A stretch of DNA of 64,000 bases, from positions 39,604 through 103,603 of the IMG/VR virus record IMGVR_UViG_2615840717_000004; one strand, written 5' to 3'. Each line of letters begins with the position of its first letter. The first letter of the stretch is position 1. Source of the DNA: a virus. Lineage: Duplodnaviria; Caudoviricetes. The position numbers and the translations under genes were made by a program. Below are positions 37,944-47,462 of this stretch, piece after piece. The notes under the pieces are model-generated. The model was given only the letters and a program-made list of their open reading frames with translations, had not been told where the DNA came from and searched no databases.

Positions 37944-40033
37944 TGAAATCTTCTCCGAAACTTGTTCTTCGAGCGGGGCGCCTTAGGTGCTGGTCGAGTA
38001 GTCCCACGACTGGCCTTGATTGGCGCTTCGGGTCTACTCGTCTGTTTGGGTTCCTTAGGCTCGTTCGGCAACGCCGGTTTAGGTAGGCTCTGTTTACCGC
38101 CCGGTTTACTGATCAAACGATCAGGTAGTGATAGACGCGCGGCAGCTGCATAAACCTTGCAGTCCCACGCTTCGTTGCGGATACCGTCTTCCTTAGGCTC
38201 CCAGCACCTAACAGACTTACCTGCATGCTCTTTGATAATCGCTTGCTCAGCAGTCATTTGAGCGAAGTAGTCGGCAGGTAAATCATCACAAGGGAAATGC
38301 GTTGCGTTCGGTGTTGGCCCACCGTCTTCAGGCAACAGAACCCCGAGCTGCAAGGCGATCAAATCCTTTGCGGTATCAACACCCACAATGTAGACATGCT
38401 CACCGGAATTCTTGGTTCGTGACGGTGTTTTAGGCCAGATCTGACGGTGCCCCGCATTGTTCCCTTTACCCTTGATTGCGTAGATACGGCGATGTTTCCG
38501 TTTCGCACAAAATGATTGCACGATGGCTGCCCTGTGGCCTTGAGAGTCAATGCAAGTCGCCTTGACTGAGAGCCGCTTCCCATCCTCGCGGTGGTAGACT
38601 CTACGTAACTCTCTGTCGAACTCATCCCAGACCCGCTTGCCTGCTGTATCGCCATCCAGAACTATATGCCGGATGACCCAGTTTTCATCGTCAAGGCCAT
38701 AACCAACCACAGTCATTTCAATGCGGTCGTCTTGCGTGTCTGCCCCTACAACAAGCAGGCGCACACCTTCTGGTATCGCTTCATGGGTGTAGTTCTCCAC
38801 CCGCTCAGCCAGACCTTCAGCGCTCAATGCCAGCTTGATACCTTTCACGACCTCTGCAAGGGCGGTGTTGGTCCATTTGCGCAGCATTAAAGGTTTTTTG
38901 TAGGAGTTGAGGAACTCCTTCACGACATCAAAAAGGGAATGCCTCGTTGAATAGAGCTTGGATACATGGAAGCCTGCATGCCCTTCATAGTGCGAAACTT
39001 TTTTGCATTCGGGACAGTGTGAGCGGCCTTGCTCATCCCAGTGTCCTGCGCCACTCCAATCGAGTGGCTTATGTGTCTTTCCGCAGCACGTGAAAGGCTT
39101 TGTCTGCCTCCACCCAAAATCCGGTTCATCAGCAATGCTCAGCAGCGCTAACTTACGCTCCTTCTCACTCCATCCAGCACCACACTTTGAGCAAAAGTAC
39201 TCGGCGGTATTTGAAAGATGGTTGCCGTTGTCGTCTTTGTCCCACTGAACTGTTTCGCGGGACCAATAAAGAACTTGCTCTTCATCGCAATGAGGGCAAC
39301 GAACAAAGCACTTCCGCTGATCGCTGGCCATGTACTCATGATAGATTTTCGATGTTTCTTCGTCTGAAGGTGAGCACACTCGGACATTCAGGCGACGCTT
39401 GTTAAAGGTTGATGATCGCTCCTCACCCAATGCCAAAGGGTCACCCATTCCGCCTGCGTCGGCGGGGTAAAGGTCAACCTCATCAGCGAGGGTAATGCGC
39501 TTAGGGCGTGATGCCAGATCGTTTGGCGAATTAGCGCCCACAAAATCCAACGCTCCGCCTGGGTACTCTTTGTGATCAAGTGTTGTGCCAGAGTCTCTCG
39601 ACTTGGCGTCTGGTATCAACTCTCTCAGGACTGGTGTTGTATCGACGGTTTTCTGAAAGCGTTCCTTCGAAAAGGAAACAGCAAGCTTTTGCGTAGGCTG
39701 CACAAACAATATGGGCGATGGGTCTTGGTGTATGTGGTAACCCGCAACGTTCTGGAGGAACTCAGTCTTCATCAGCTGAGTGCACGCCATAGCGGTGAGA
39801 ACCTGCGTATCCTTCTCTGTAACTGCCATCATGGGACCAATCGAAACGGGAACACGCCTTGTCTTCCAGCGCCCCGGATTGGCTGTGTTCTCGCGCGCTA
39901 CATAGCGGTACTCATCTGCCCACTCTACGAGGTTAAGTCGTGGTGGTGGCTTGAGATCGCGCTGCCTACATTCTGCAAACACATCATCAATTCGCTCACC
40001 AGCTATCGTCCGCCAATGCTTCAAGGATTTCAC
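37940..40033 (-). CDS. Terminase large subunit (lambda gpA family)
   Basis: QLMKTE, LADEVD, CPHC, GADTQDDRIE, RNEAWDC. Confidence 0.93.
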   Translation of the reverse strand: MKSLKHWRTIAGERIDDVFAECRQRDLKPPPRLNLVEWADEYRYVARENTANPGRWKTRRVPVSIGPMMAVTEKDTQVLTAMACTQLMKTEFLQNVAGYHIHQDPSPILFVQPTQKLAVSFSKERFQKTVDTTPVLRELIPDAKSRDSGTTLDHKEYPGGALDFVGANSPNDLASRPKRITLADEVDLYPADAGGMGDPLALGEERSSTFNKRRLNVRVCSPSDEETSKIYHEYMASDQRKCFVRCPHCDEEQVLYWSRETVQWDKDDNGNHLSNTAEYFCSKCGAGWSEKERKLALLSIADEPDFGWRQTKPFTCCGKTHKPLDWSGAGHWDEQGRSHCPECKKVSHYEGHAGFHVSKLYSTRHSLFDVVKEFLNSYKKPLMLRKWTNTALAEVVKGIKLALSAEGLAERVENYTHEAIPEGVRLLVVGADTQDDRIEMTVVGYGLDDENWVIRHIVLDGDTAGKRVWDEFDRELRRVYHREDGKRLSVKATCIDSQGHRAAIVQSFCAKRKHRRIYAIKGKGNNAGHRQIWPKTPSRTKNSGEHVYIVGVDTAKDLIALQLGVLLPEDGGPTPNATHFPCDDLPADYFAQMTAEQAIIKEHAGKSVRCWEPKEDGIRNEAWDCKVYAAAARLSLPDRLISKPGGKQSLPKPALPNEPKEPKQTSRPEAPIKASRGTTRPAPKAPRSKNKFRRRFQ

Positions 40034-40463
40034 TCACTTTTGAAGAGAGGATCTCCTCAATGTCTGGAGCCTCAAGAAGTTCAAGATCAGCTGAGATTTC
40101 ACCCGGCATTGCCACAAAGTTTGCTCGGATCTCAGCGTATTCCTTTGTCAATTTCTCCTTGACGATATCTATCGGGATTGCTGTTTTGCGCAGCAGCTCA
40201 AGTTCAATTTCGGCTGTCTCCGCTTTGGCGTTGTCCCTGCGGATTGCTGCTCGCTCTCGTTCAGGTATCTTGTCTTCGGAAAGAGAGGAGCGGATGAACG
40301 TCTCTCGCCACGCGAACACCTCAGCTGTGTTGAAGAGTTTAGGCTTCCCCTTGCCTTCATCAGAGTGAACCGGGCATCCCTTCACCATCCAATTTCGGAG
40401 CGTTTGACGCGTGATCCCATAGAGATCTGCAAGCTCTAACTGGTTTACAATTTTGCCCGACAT
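39996..40463 (-). CDS. Terminase small subunit (Nu1-like)
   Basis: VNQLELADLYGITRQTLRNW..KGCP HTH. Confidence 0.88.
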   Translation of the reverse strand: MSGKIVNQLELADLYGITRQTLRNWMVKGCPVHSDEGKGKPKLFNTAEVFAWRETFIRSSLSEDKIPERERAAIRRDNAKAETAEIELELLRKTAIPIDIVKEKLTKEYAEIRANFVAMPGEISADLELLEAPDIEEILSSKVSEILEALADDSW

Positions 40464-40610
40464 GCAGCTGTGAACCTCAAAACGTGACGATTTTACATGT
40501 TCGCGCACGTTTTAAAGTTGCGGAACATTGATTCTATTGGATTTTTTGGGATCGATCGTAAGGAAAACGTGACAAGTAAAACGGCGGTTTTTGAAATTAA
40601 AACGCGCCAT

Positions 40611-40680
40611 AATGCGGGCTTCGCAGCCGCAGCAAACTGAAAAAATCGAAATACGGTCCCTAGACCGGGGGGGGGGGGTA
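40611..40680 (-). other. Candidate cos region
   Basis: Minus strand: C-run, GGGACCG (cosQ-like), then dyad TGCGG-N9-CCGCA upstream of terS. Confidence 0.45.
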
Positions 40681-40752
40681 TGCATCGCGCATGCCTTTTG
40701 CCGCGCCTCGTGCCCCTAGCCTGCCCCTGCGAATCCAACTATTGGAAGTCGT

Positions 40753-41607
40753 ATGAACAGTCGGACATTCTTTCTTCTCAGCCTTTGCCTATTTTGCGCA
40801 GTCCTCATCGTCATCCCATTTTGGGCACAGTATTTTAAGGTGACCGGTGTTGATGGACGAGTGATCGAGTGGCTGCAAGTCTTGGCAGGCTTCTCTGCTT
40901 TGGCAATAGGTGCTGTCACACTCTACTTTGTGACCATCCAGCTCACTAAGGCTGATGACCAGCTGACAAAAGCAAACGAACAGCTTGTGAAGGCAGATTT
41001 GCAGATCTCTCTAGCACACAAGCAGCTCGAACTTGCTGATGCTCAACTTGCACTCGCCCGCAAAGACAGTGCCATACTAACTCTTCAGCTCAGAGCTGCG
41101 GCATTTGCCGCTGTGGAAACAGAAATAGCACTCATGGAGAAAGTCTTTCAGTTGCTCAATGATGCACGAATTGAGGGAATTGCGAGTGCCTTCCAAAAAA
41201 TGAATGAAGAAAACGCACACCCGAGCGTTGTCGACATTTGGGATCAACGCATTCGAAAGAATAGTAGAGGCCTCACCCCAGAGTTTGCTGCTCTACATGA
41301 GCAAATCACAAACAATGTCGAGCCCGCCATCGCTCACCTCTCCGATATCTTATATGCCGATAGAGAAGAGTTTGTTCATCAGTTCCATATGCTGTCTATC
41401 TATATTCGGTCCATATCTAAAGGCCCGCTTGATAGCCATGATCACGAGCTAGAAGATAGGGTACAAACGACGGCAGCCAATTATTACAACGTTATTGTAT
41501 GCATTGGAGAGGCCTACAAGAGTCATTTGGAAGACGCGAAGAGAGCAATCGAGCTGCCAATTCCTACATCTGAGCGTCCCCCATCTATAATGCCAAGATA
41601 CGAGTAA
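40753..41607 (+). CDS. Reversed moron: 2-TM, coiled-coil protein
   Basis: Two TM helices; heptad QL..A..QL repeats. Confidence 0.75.
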   Translation: MNSRTFFLLSLCLFCAVLIVIPFWAQYFKVTGVDGRVIEWLQVLAGFSALAIGAVTLYFVTIQLTKADDQLTKANEQLVKADLQISLAHKQLELADAQLALARKDSAILTLQLRAAAFAAVETEIALMEKVFQLLNDARIEGIASAFQKMNEENAHPSVVDIWDQRIRKNSRGLTPEFAALHEQITNNVEPAIAHLSDILYADREEFVHQFHMLSIYIRSISKGPLDSHDHELEDRVQTTAANYYNVIVCIGEAYKSHLEDAKRAIELPIPTSERPPSIMPRYE

Positions 41608-42202
41608 TCTCCGCTTCCATTGCCGGGGCAAAGGAGCGGGTTGCGTTGTCGTACTGGGCTTTTGATGGGCCTATTACCATTTCATCCGGAATGCGGACGC
41701 TACTCTTGAGGCTATGGAAGCCCCTGTACCAACGCTTACCAACGTTGAGGTTAGCCCGGAAGACTGCCCCGCCCAGGTTCAAAGTTTTACGACCCGGGAA
41801 GCGCCCGCCCTTCATGAATGCCTTTTCCAGATAGAGCCGCTGGCCTCTTGGGCGTGCTACAACACCGCCCCGCTTCAACTCTCTTGGCTTGAAGTGCTTC
41901 AGGCTGATGAAACCGCCCTTGGCTGTCAGCACATAAGACAGGCTGGCAGCGTTGCCCTTATAGCTCGCGCTCGCCCTCTTGGGCTTCCCCAGAGCCTTCC
42001 TGATTGTACGGGATGGCAAGCCGGTCTGCTTTGGAAGCGTCTTCAGTACGCCCCTACGCAGCTTGGTGCCCGTTTTGTTGATGACCTTTCTATAGGCGCG
42101 CTCTGCTGTCTTCCTGTTCCCTATACGTTCAACAGCCTTCTCGAACCTTATAAAGTTGTCGTCTAATTTGAGCGTAAATGGTGCCAATTGGATGCTCCGC
42201 AT
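41585..42202 (-). CDS. Lambda gpZ-like tail completion protein
   Basis: Basic; INKTG...TGL..RTI...AFM pattern. Confidence 0.65.
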   Translation of the reverse strand: MRSIQLAPFTLKLDDNFIRFEKAVERIGNRKTAERAYRKVINKTGTKLRRGVLKTLPKQTGLPSRTIRKALGKPKRASASYKGNAASLSYVLTAKGGFISLKHFKPRELKRGGVVARPRGQRLYLEKAFMKGGRFPGRKTLNLGGAVFRANLNVGKRWYRGFHSLKSSVRIPDEMVIGPSKAQYDNATRSFAPAMEAEITRILAL

Positions 42203-42284
42203 CTAAATTATTAGTTCTCAGCCATACACCGAAGGAAAACATGTATATTTATGTAGAATTATTGATTCACTCACGGAGTTCTAA

Positions 42285-43616
42285 ATGACCGCTGAGATCG
42301 CAATACTAAATAAATCATGCGTTGCTTTAGCTGCAGACAGCACCGTCTCCTTTGGCCCGTATAAGACATTCAATTCTGCTGAAAAGCTATTTGAGTTTAG
42401 TGAAAAACAACCTCTAGCTGTTATGATTTACAATGCAGCTAGTTTTCTTGATTGCCCTATCGAGCTCTTGATCAAAGATTACCGTTCCAAAAACGATCAG
42501 TTGTTCAATTCAGTTGAAGAGGCAGCAGAAGACTTTCTTTCTCACCTTACCGAATATGGCCAAACCGTCTCAGATGCAGTTCGAACAAGCAATTTGATTA
42601 ACCTTTGCCGTGATGTGCTCAACGTTATCGAAGCTAAACTACAAAAAAGAATATCTGCTATATCGATGAAAAGGGAAATGGACAGCTTCACAACCGATGA
42701 GTTTCAAGATGTGGTCAGGGAAATCCTCGCAACAATTGGAGCCGGGTTGGGTTTCAACGCTGCTAACTTTAATTACGCGCCGACTGACCAAGACGTTTTT
42801 GATAAGGAGAGAGAAGAGGCCGACAAAATAATACACGATTATATAGAGAGTTACACAAAGCACTATAGCAATGTGAGAATTCAGGGCGAATTGATTAAAG
42901 AGATAGTTGATCTACTTTTCTTCTACGCCACGACGAAAGTTCCTTCCGCATTTACTGGAATAGTTGTGGCTGGGTACGGAGAGAACGACATGTTTCCTTC
43001 GCTTTGTAGTTACGCGGTTTCTGGCATGTTAGGGGGTAATCTAGTTTTCCAAAATCAAGACAATTGCAAAATCGACAGGGACAACTTCCCCTCCGCTATT
43101 ATCCCCTTTGCACAAAAAGAAATGGTATCTAGGTTCCTAACTGGCGTTGATGATGAATTTATTGATCAAACAAACACTTACCTGAATGAAATATTGGGTG
43201 AGTTAAATAGAGAGATTATTGACTTTCTTGAATACGAAACCTCCGATGATAAAGACCGACTTAATAGTTTTCTGTCAGCTGTATCAGAGAGAATATTGGA
43301 CGATCTAAACAACAAGTGCTTCTTGCAACTTCGCAGCAACTTTCTGCAAGAGGTACAACATATGGTCAGTGCTATGCCAAAAGCAGAAATAGTAGAGATG
43401 GCACGATCACTAGTTGAACTGACCTCATTTAAAAGAAAAATATCTTCACAAATTGAGACAGTCGGTGGTCCTATTGATGTTGCCATTATCTCAAAGAACG
43501 AAGGTTTTGTCTGGGTAAATAGAAAACACTATTTCCCTGCTGAGCTCAATGCACGATACTTTAATAGGATTCGCAGAGGCGCGACTCAACATCGGGAGAG
43601 GGACGATGCTGTCTAA
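42285..43616 (+). CDS. Proteasome-beta/Ntn-hydrolase-like protein with helical insertions
   Basis: N-terminal M-T, VALAADS, EKLF, C-terminal TVGGPIDVAIIS. Confidence 0.65.
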   Translation: MTAEIAILNKSCVALAADSTVSFGPYKTFNSAEKLFEFSEKQPLAVMIYNAASFLDCPIELLIKDYRSKNDQLFNSVEEAAEDFLSHLTEYGQTVSDAVRTSNLINLCRDVLNVIEAKLQKRISAISMKREMDSFTTDEFQDVVREILATIGAGLGFNAANFNYAPTDQDVFDKEREEADKIIHDYIESYTKHYSNVRIQGELIKEIVDLLFFYATTKVPSAFTGIVVAGYGENDMFPSLCSYAVSGMLGGNLVFQNQDNCKIDRDNFPSAIIPFAQKEMVSRFLTGVDDEFIDQTNTYLNEILGELNREIIDFLEYETSDDKDRLNSFLSAVSERILDDLNNKCFLQLRSNFLQEVQHMVSAMPKAEIVEMARSLVELTSFKRKISSQIETVGGPIDVAIISKNEGFVWVNRKHYFPAELNARYFNRIRRGATQHRERDDAV

Positions 43617-43818
43617 AAATTCACTTTTTTCAGATGATAGTGTATCAAACCATGGCTTTGATGAGTACCTAATCCGAGCAAGAACCACTTCCCGTTTAGA
43701 TGCCTCAATCGAAGAGGCAAAAGAGAATTTACGGAACACTTTGATCCGTGCAGTCGATCAAAATGCTGGTGGTCAGGGTAAAGTAATCAAGGTTCGTTCA
43801 GCTGGGCCAAGTAAGTGA
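43606..43818 (+). CDS. Small protein overlapping the Ntn-hydrolase-like gene
   Basis: GGGAGAGG RBS; overlaps upstream stop; followed by terminator. Confidence 0.5.
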   Translation: MLSKNSLFSDDSVSNHGFDEYLIRARTTSRLDASIEEAKENLRNTLIRAVDQNAGGQGKVIKVRSAGPSK

Positions 43819-43822
43819 CAAG

Positions 43823-43853
43823 AAGCAGTCAACGAGCCAGTTGACTGCTTTTT
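43823..43853. terminator. Intrinsic terminator (likely bidirectional)
   Basis: AAGCAGTCAAC-N6-GTTGACTGCTT followed by T-run. Confidence 0.8.
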
Positions 43854-43896
43854 ACATAAACTAAATATCCCCGTTTTTCTGTGATTTTTTAGCAAA

Positions 43897-44814
43897 TTAT
43901 GCGGAGCCTTCAAACTCGTAGCCGGTCACCTTCCCTGCTGCCTCAGTTGCCGCTTTGGGGTCGCCTTTCACGAAGATCAGTACGTTCTGATGTGTCTTGC
44001 CGAGCTTGCGCCCGCTTTCAAAGCCTCCGCGAGCCCTCAGAGGTAGCGAACCGGCTTGAGTGATCAACACAGCGTCATTGTAGAACCGCAGGCCCGCGTC
44101 TTCGCAAGCTTCAATGGTGTCCCGTACAAAGCCCCGATTGATACCTTCCCGGTCCCTGAAATCACCAACCACGATAGCTGCAAAGCGGTCTTCCTTCAGC
44201 CGCGCTGCGGCCTGCTTCATTGAGGCACGGAAGGCGCCTATAAACACGTCGTAGTGCATGTTCGAAAGGTCTGCCGGGTCATCTGAATACTTCTCCAGAT
44301 CTCCGTAGGGCGGACAGGTCAGGATGAAATCGAAATAGCCGCGCACATGCTTATAAAGCTGTACGGCATCGCCAACCTTCCACTTGGGTCTTGGCTTCAC
44401 ACCAAGAGCATCCGCCTGCAGGTCATTGGCTTCTACCTGCTCAGGGCGCAAGTCTACACCTGTGTACTCGCGCCCCATGTAGGCGGCCACTAAGCCCCGT
44501 ACAGATCCACCGGCGAAAGGATCAAGAACCTTCCCTCCAGGCGGGCAGAACCATGCATAGCAAAGCTCAGTCAGAACCGGGTCAAATATGCTTTTACTTG
44601 CCCATGAGCCGGGCGTGGTGCCCTTCCCGTTGGTTTCTGACCACTTGGCCATAGCGCTGGCGTATCCGCCTAAGAGATCTTCTTTTCGGCCTTCCCCGCT
44701 ATCAATTCCCAGGTCGAGCCAAAGGCGCTTGCGGTCTTGCCATTCCTTGGCCCTTGCGCTCAACACTGAAAACGGCGGTACGATAAAATCTTGGCTTAGT
44801 GCCCCTTTACTCAT
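43897..44814 (-). CDS. DNA amino-methyltransferase
   Basis: LDPFAGGS (motif I) and TCPPY (motif IV). Confidence 0.85.
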   Translation of the reverse strand: MSKGALSQDFIVPPFSVLSARAKEWQDRKRLWLDLGIDSGEGRKEDLLGGYASAMAKWSETNGKGTTPGSWASKSIFDPVLTELCYAWFCPPGGKVLDPFAGGSVRGLVAAYMGREYTGVDLRPEQVEANDLQADALGVKPRPKWKVGDAVQLYKHVRGYFDFILTCPPYGDLEKYSDDPADLSNMHYDVFIGAFRASMKQAAARLKEDRFAAIVVGDFRDREGINRGFVRDTIEACEDAGLRFYNDAVLITQAGSLPLRARGGFESGRKLGKTHQNVLIFVKGDPKAATEAAGKVTGYEFEGSA

Positions 44815-44824
44815 TCCATGCTCT

Positions 44825-44983
44825 CTAAGCTTGATGCTCAGGGCATTCGCTTGTGGGCTCTAAAGGCCTCAACTGGTTTAAAGTGGCGCATCTGCGGCAC
44901 TTGATTTCAATGGTCTTTACGATGGCGCCCGGTTCGTTTTTAAACAAGAGCGCATTGCAGTTGCCACATCTGGTTGATTCCAA
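44825..44983 (-). CDS. Mu Com-like zinc-ribbon regulator (52 aa)
   Basis: MESTRCGNCNALLFK...IEIKCRRCATLN; directly upstream of MTase; missed by track. Confidence 0.8.
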   Translation of the reverse strand: MESTRCGNCNALLFKNEPGAIVKTIEIKCRRCATLNQLRPLEPTSECPEHQA

Positions 44984-45148
44984 AATGATTCTCGACGCAT
45001 AAAGGCCCCCTGCTCATTTATTGCAGTGAGTAGATATGGCGGGGGCGGTAATATGCATAATCTTACCGGGCGGGTGCTGTAGTCATAAACATGCCCGTAG
45101 CTCTGGAGGTGGCTGCCTCCAAGCCTCTCGCCTCATTCTGAGGTTTTC

Positions 45149-45973
45149 ATGATCAAGTTCAAAGAAAAAACACTCACGGTACAATTAGCTCTACTGGTAC
45201 CGAACTTACTGTTCGTCACTATTATATTAATATGTGCGGTTATCTTGTTCGGTCTACTTTGGAGCGGCTTAACTAGCGCATTTCAAACCTTTTCCGAAAT
45301 AGATTGGGACTTAGCAACACTCTCTGATATCGGTACGGCGGCGATGCCAGTTGTAACTATTGGTGGCTTTATATTAATCAGGCGACAGATCGGGAAAGCA
45401 GATGAAGCTAACCAAATTGCTCTTCTTCCTGTAGTCAGAGAAGCCCACTCGCTTGTTTTAGATGAGCAGCGACACATCCATAGTTTGACCCAAGTATCTT
45501 CACTCCTTCAAGCTGTTCACATTGCAAATGATCTAAGCAACGGCATAGGGCCCAAGGGTGACCCTCAGACAAACTTCAATGCACAGGGAGCAATTCTGGC
45601 GTTCCAGAGCTTAGAAGCGAAAGTACATGATTACCTATCTCCCGAAGTTTCTAAACAACGTGTAGAAATCACTCTTGTAATCAACTACATCCAGAAAGAA
45701 GTTAAGCTTCTTGAACCCATCTCAAACGAAACTCAAGAGGCACTAAGAAAACGATACGACCACAAAAATGACGAGTTAAAAAGTATCTATGACGTCAAGT
45801 ATACGATGATGGATTATCAGCAAAACAGCACTGCAAGCGTATCACAAAACCAACTAAAATTCGGAGATAAACTAAACGCTTATAGTGCGTCACTTGCAAG
45901 GGAAAGTGACGTTCTAGCGAAGAGGTTGACGTCTCTACAGAAGCTGATCAAAGCAAATAAAACTCTGCTGTGA
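45149..45973 (+). CDS. Reversed moron: 2-TM, helical protein
   Basis: Two TM helices, ILIRRQIGKADEAN; AT-rich. Confidence 0.75.
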   Translation: MIKFKEKTLTVQLALLVPNLLFVTIILICAVILFGLLWSGLTSAFQTFSEIDWDLATLSDIGTAAMPVVTIGGFILIRRQIGKADEANQIALLPVVREAHSLVLDEQRHIHSLTQVSSLLQAVHIANDLSNGIGPKGDPQTNFNAQGAILAFQSLEAKVHDYLSPEVSKQRVEITLVINYIQKEVKLLEPISNETQEALRKRYDHKNDELKSIYDVKYTMMDYQQNSTASVSQNQLKFGDKLNAYSASLARESDVLAKRLTSLQKLIKANKTLL

Positions 45974-45984
45974 TCTCAATATCA

Positions 45985-46518
45985 TCAAGCCGCAAGTTGT
46001 CTCATCTTATCTGAATAGATACCCGATTTAGGGCGAAACTGCACGGATAAATCTTTATCAGCAAACGCGGGTAAATCTCTTTTATTACAAACATTTACCG
46101 AAATTTGATGAAGTGCTCTCTCAAAACGGTCATGAGCCGTTTGTTTTGCAAGCCCCATCTTGTCCAGAACCTTCTTTGGCTGGATCTTGTAGGCGTAGCA
46201 AAACACCAGAAGCGAGAGCGCTTTTCTCTCTTCGTTTCGCTTGATGTGACGCATCCAGTCCCATGTCTCTTCCATGCGGGCAATTGCTGCAGCATCTGGC
46301 CCAGTCATGTTCCTGGCTCTCTTTTCCGCTTCAGTAAGCTTCTTTGCAACGGCATTCAAAGCCGCTTCCCATTGATCATCATCGCACGGGCTGAAGTCCG
46401 GCCAGAAGCTTTGGGGCTGCCCCGGTCTGACCCCTCTCACTCTCATAAGACGCATGACAACCTGTGCCTCGATCAGCCTGTCCAATATCACGGCATAGAG
46501 TGCTTGAATGTCGCTCAC
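45985..46518 (-). CDS. Putative late regulator (Q-position, C-terminal HTH)
   Basis: P.AAAIARMEE.WDW motif plus HTH; last gene of early operon. Confidence 0.55.
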   Translation of the reverse strand: MSDIQALYAVILDRLIEAQVVMRLMRVRGVRPGQPQSFWPDFSPCDDDQWEAALNAVAKKLTEAEKRARNMTGPDAAAIARMEETWDWMRHIKRNEERKALSLLVFCYAYKIQPKKVLDKMGLAKQTAHDRFERALHQISVNVCNKRDLPAFADKDLSVQFRPKSGIYSDKMRQLAA

Positions 46519-46937
46519 TTCGTGATCCTTTCCAGATAATCAAGGAGTGCATGACCTGCTGGCAGTAGGAGGTATCCAGTGCCTTTGACTTCGATTAGCC
46601 CCAGCTCAACCAACTTGTCTGGTTCCACCAGCGCCTTGTTGTATTTCATTATCTTCTTTCTTCGCAGATCCATTAGGAACGCAATTTGACCAAGATGAAT
46701 AGGCGCAGAGTTTTCAGGAGGTACTGGCGTTCCATAAGGCTCAAGCCCTGCTTCAATTGCGGTGCAAGCAAGGGCGATATGCTTTGGTATTTCTACCGCT
46801 CGTGACGGGTCGTCCCGCCTGTGCCCCAACTCGTATAGCCTAATCGTCTCAGAGGATACCCCAAGAGCTGCAGCAGCGGCATCACGAGATTTGAAGCCAC
46901 TTGCAGTCCGCCAATACTTGAATTCTTCAGGTGTCAT
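46515..46937 (-). CDS. XRE HTH protein
   Basis: MTPEEFKYWR...AAAALGVS..TIRLYE.G...IP..IALAC. Confidence 0.8.
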   Translation of the reverse strand: MTPEEFKYWRTASGFKSRDAAAAALGVSSETIRLYELGHRRDDPSRAVEIPKHIALACTAIEAGLEPYGTPVPPENSAPIHLGQIAFLMDLRRKKIMKYNKALVEPDKLVELGLIEVKGTGYLLLPAGHALLDYLERITK

Positions 46938-47020
46938 ATGGTAATCTCTCTTTCAGAGAAGGAAGGTAAGACACTTTTCTATATCCGGTGGGTCCGGGCT
47001 ATTGCCCGAACCCGTTAGCA

Positions 47021-47098
47021 CTAGGCTTTAAAGATCAGATAGATTTCGATTTGCAGACCGAGAAATCTGAACTTAAAACCCGCTTTCCGGATTTTCAT
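47021..47098 (-). CDS. 25-aa basic/hydrophobic peptide MKIRKAGFKFRFLGLQIEIYLIFKA
   Basis: Strong AGGAAGGTGA RBS, own promoter, followed by hairpin and HTH gene. Confidence 0.6.
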   Translation of the reverse strand: MKIRKAGFKFRFLGLQIEIYLIFKA

Positions 47099-47273
47099 AT
47101 GCGTCTCACCTTCCTTTCTTTTTTGTCGGGAGTTAACTCCCTACCGACAACCTTAAGATATGGTACATAGAACCAAATATCAATAAACATTTGCGTATTC
47201 AGTACCTTTTTATTTATCTAACCTGCCCATGTCTGAACCCAGCCGTAGCGCAACTGTTGTTTTGTCTCGTCGT

Positions 47274-47462
47274 TCATGCCGCTTTCTTTTCCTGCTTGTT
47301 GGCCCGGCTGCGTAAAGCCTCATAGTTCAATGGGGAAACATGGAGCACCCGATTGAAAAGCGCACAGACCCGATCTATGACCTCTGCTCTGTCGCCTGTC
47401 TCATTATCTTCCACCACTGTTCCAACCTCCACTTTCTGCACAAAGCGAATTGGGACGCTCAT
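47274..47462 (-). CDS. Small hypothetical phage protein
   Basis: ATGA-coupled to helicase. Confidence 0.55.
   Translation of the reverse strand: MSVPIRFVQKVEVGTVVEDNETGDRAEVIDRVCALFNRVLHVSPLNYEALRSRANKQEKKAA

Noticed and set aside
40667-40678. Poly-G tract as a phase-variation switch
   Set aside because: Intergenic and within the candidate cos region; I see no gene or promoter it would switch.
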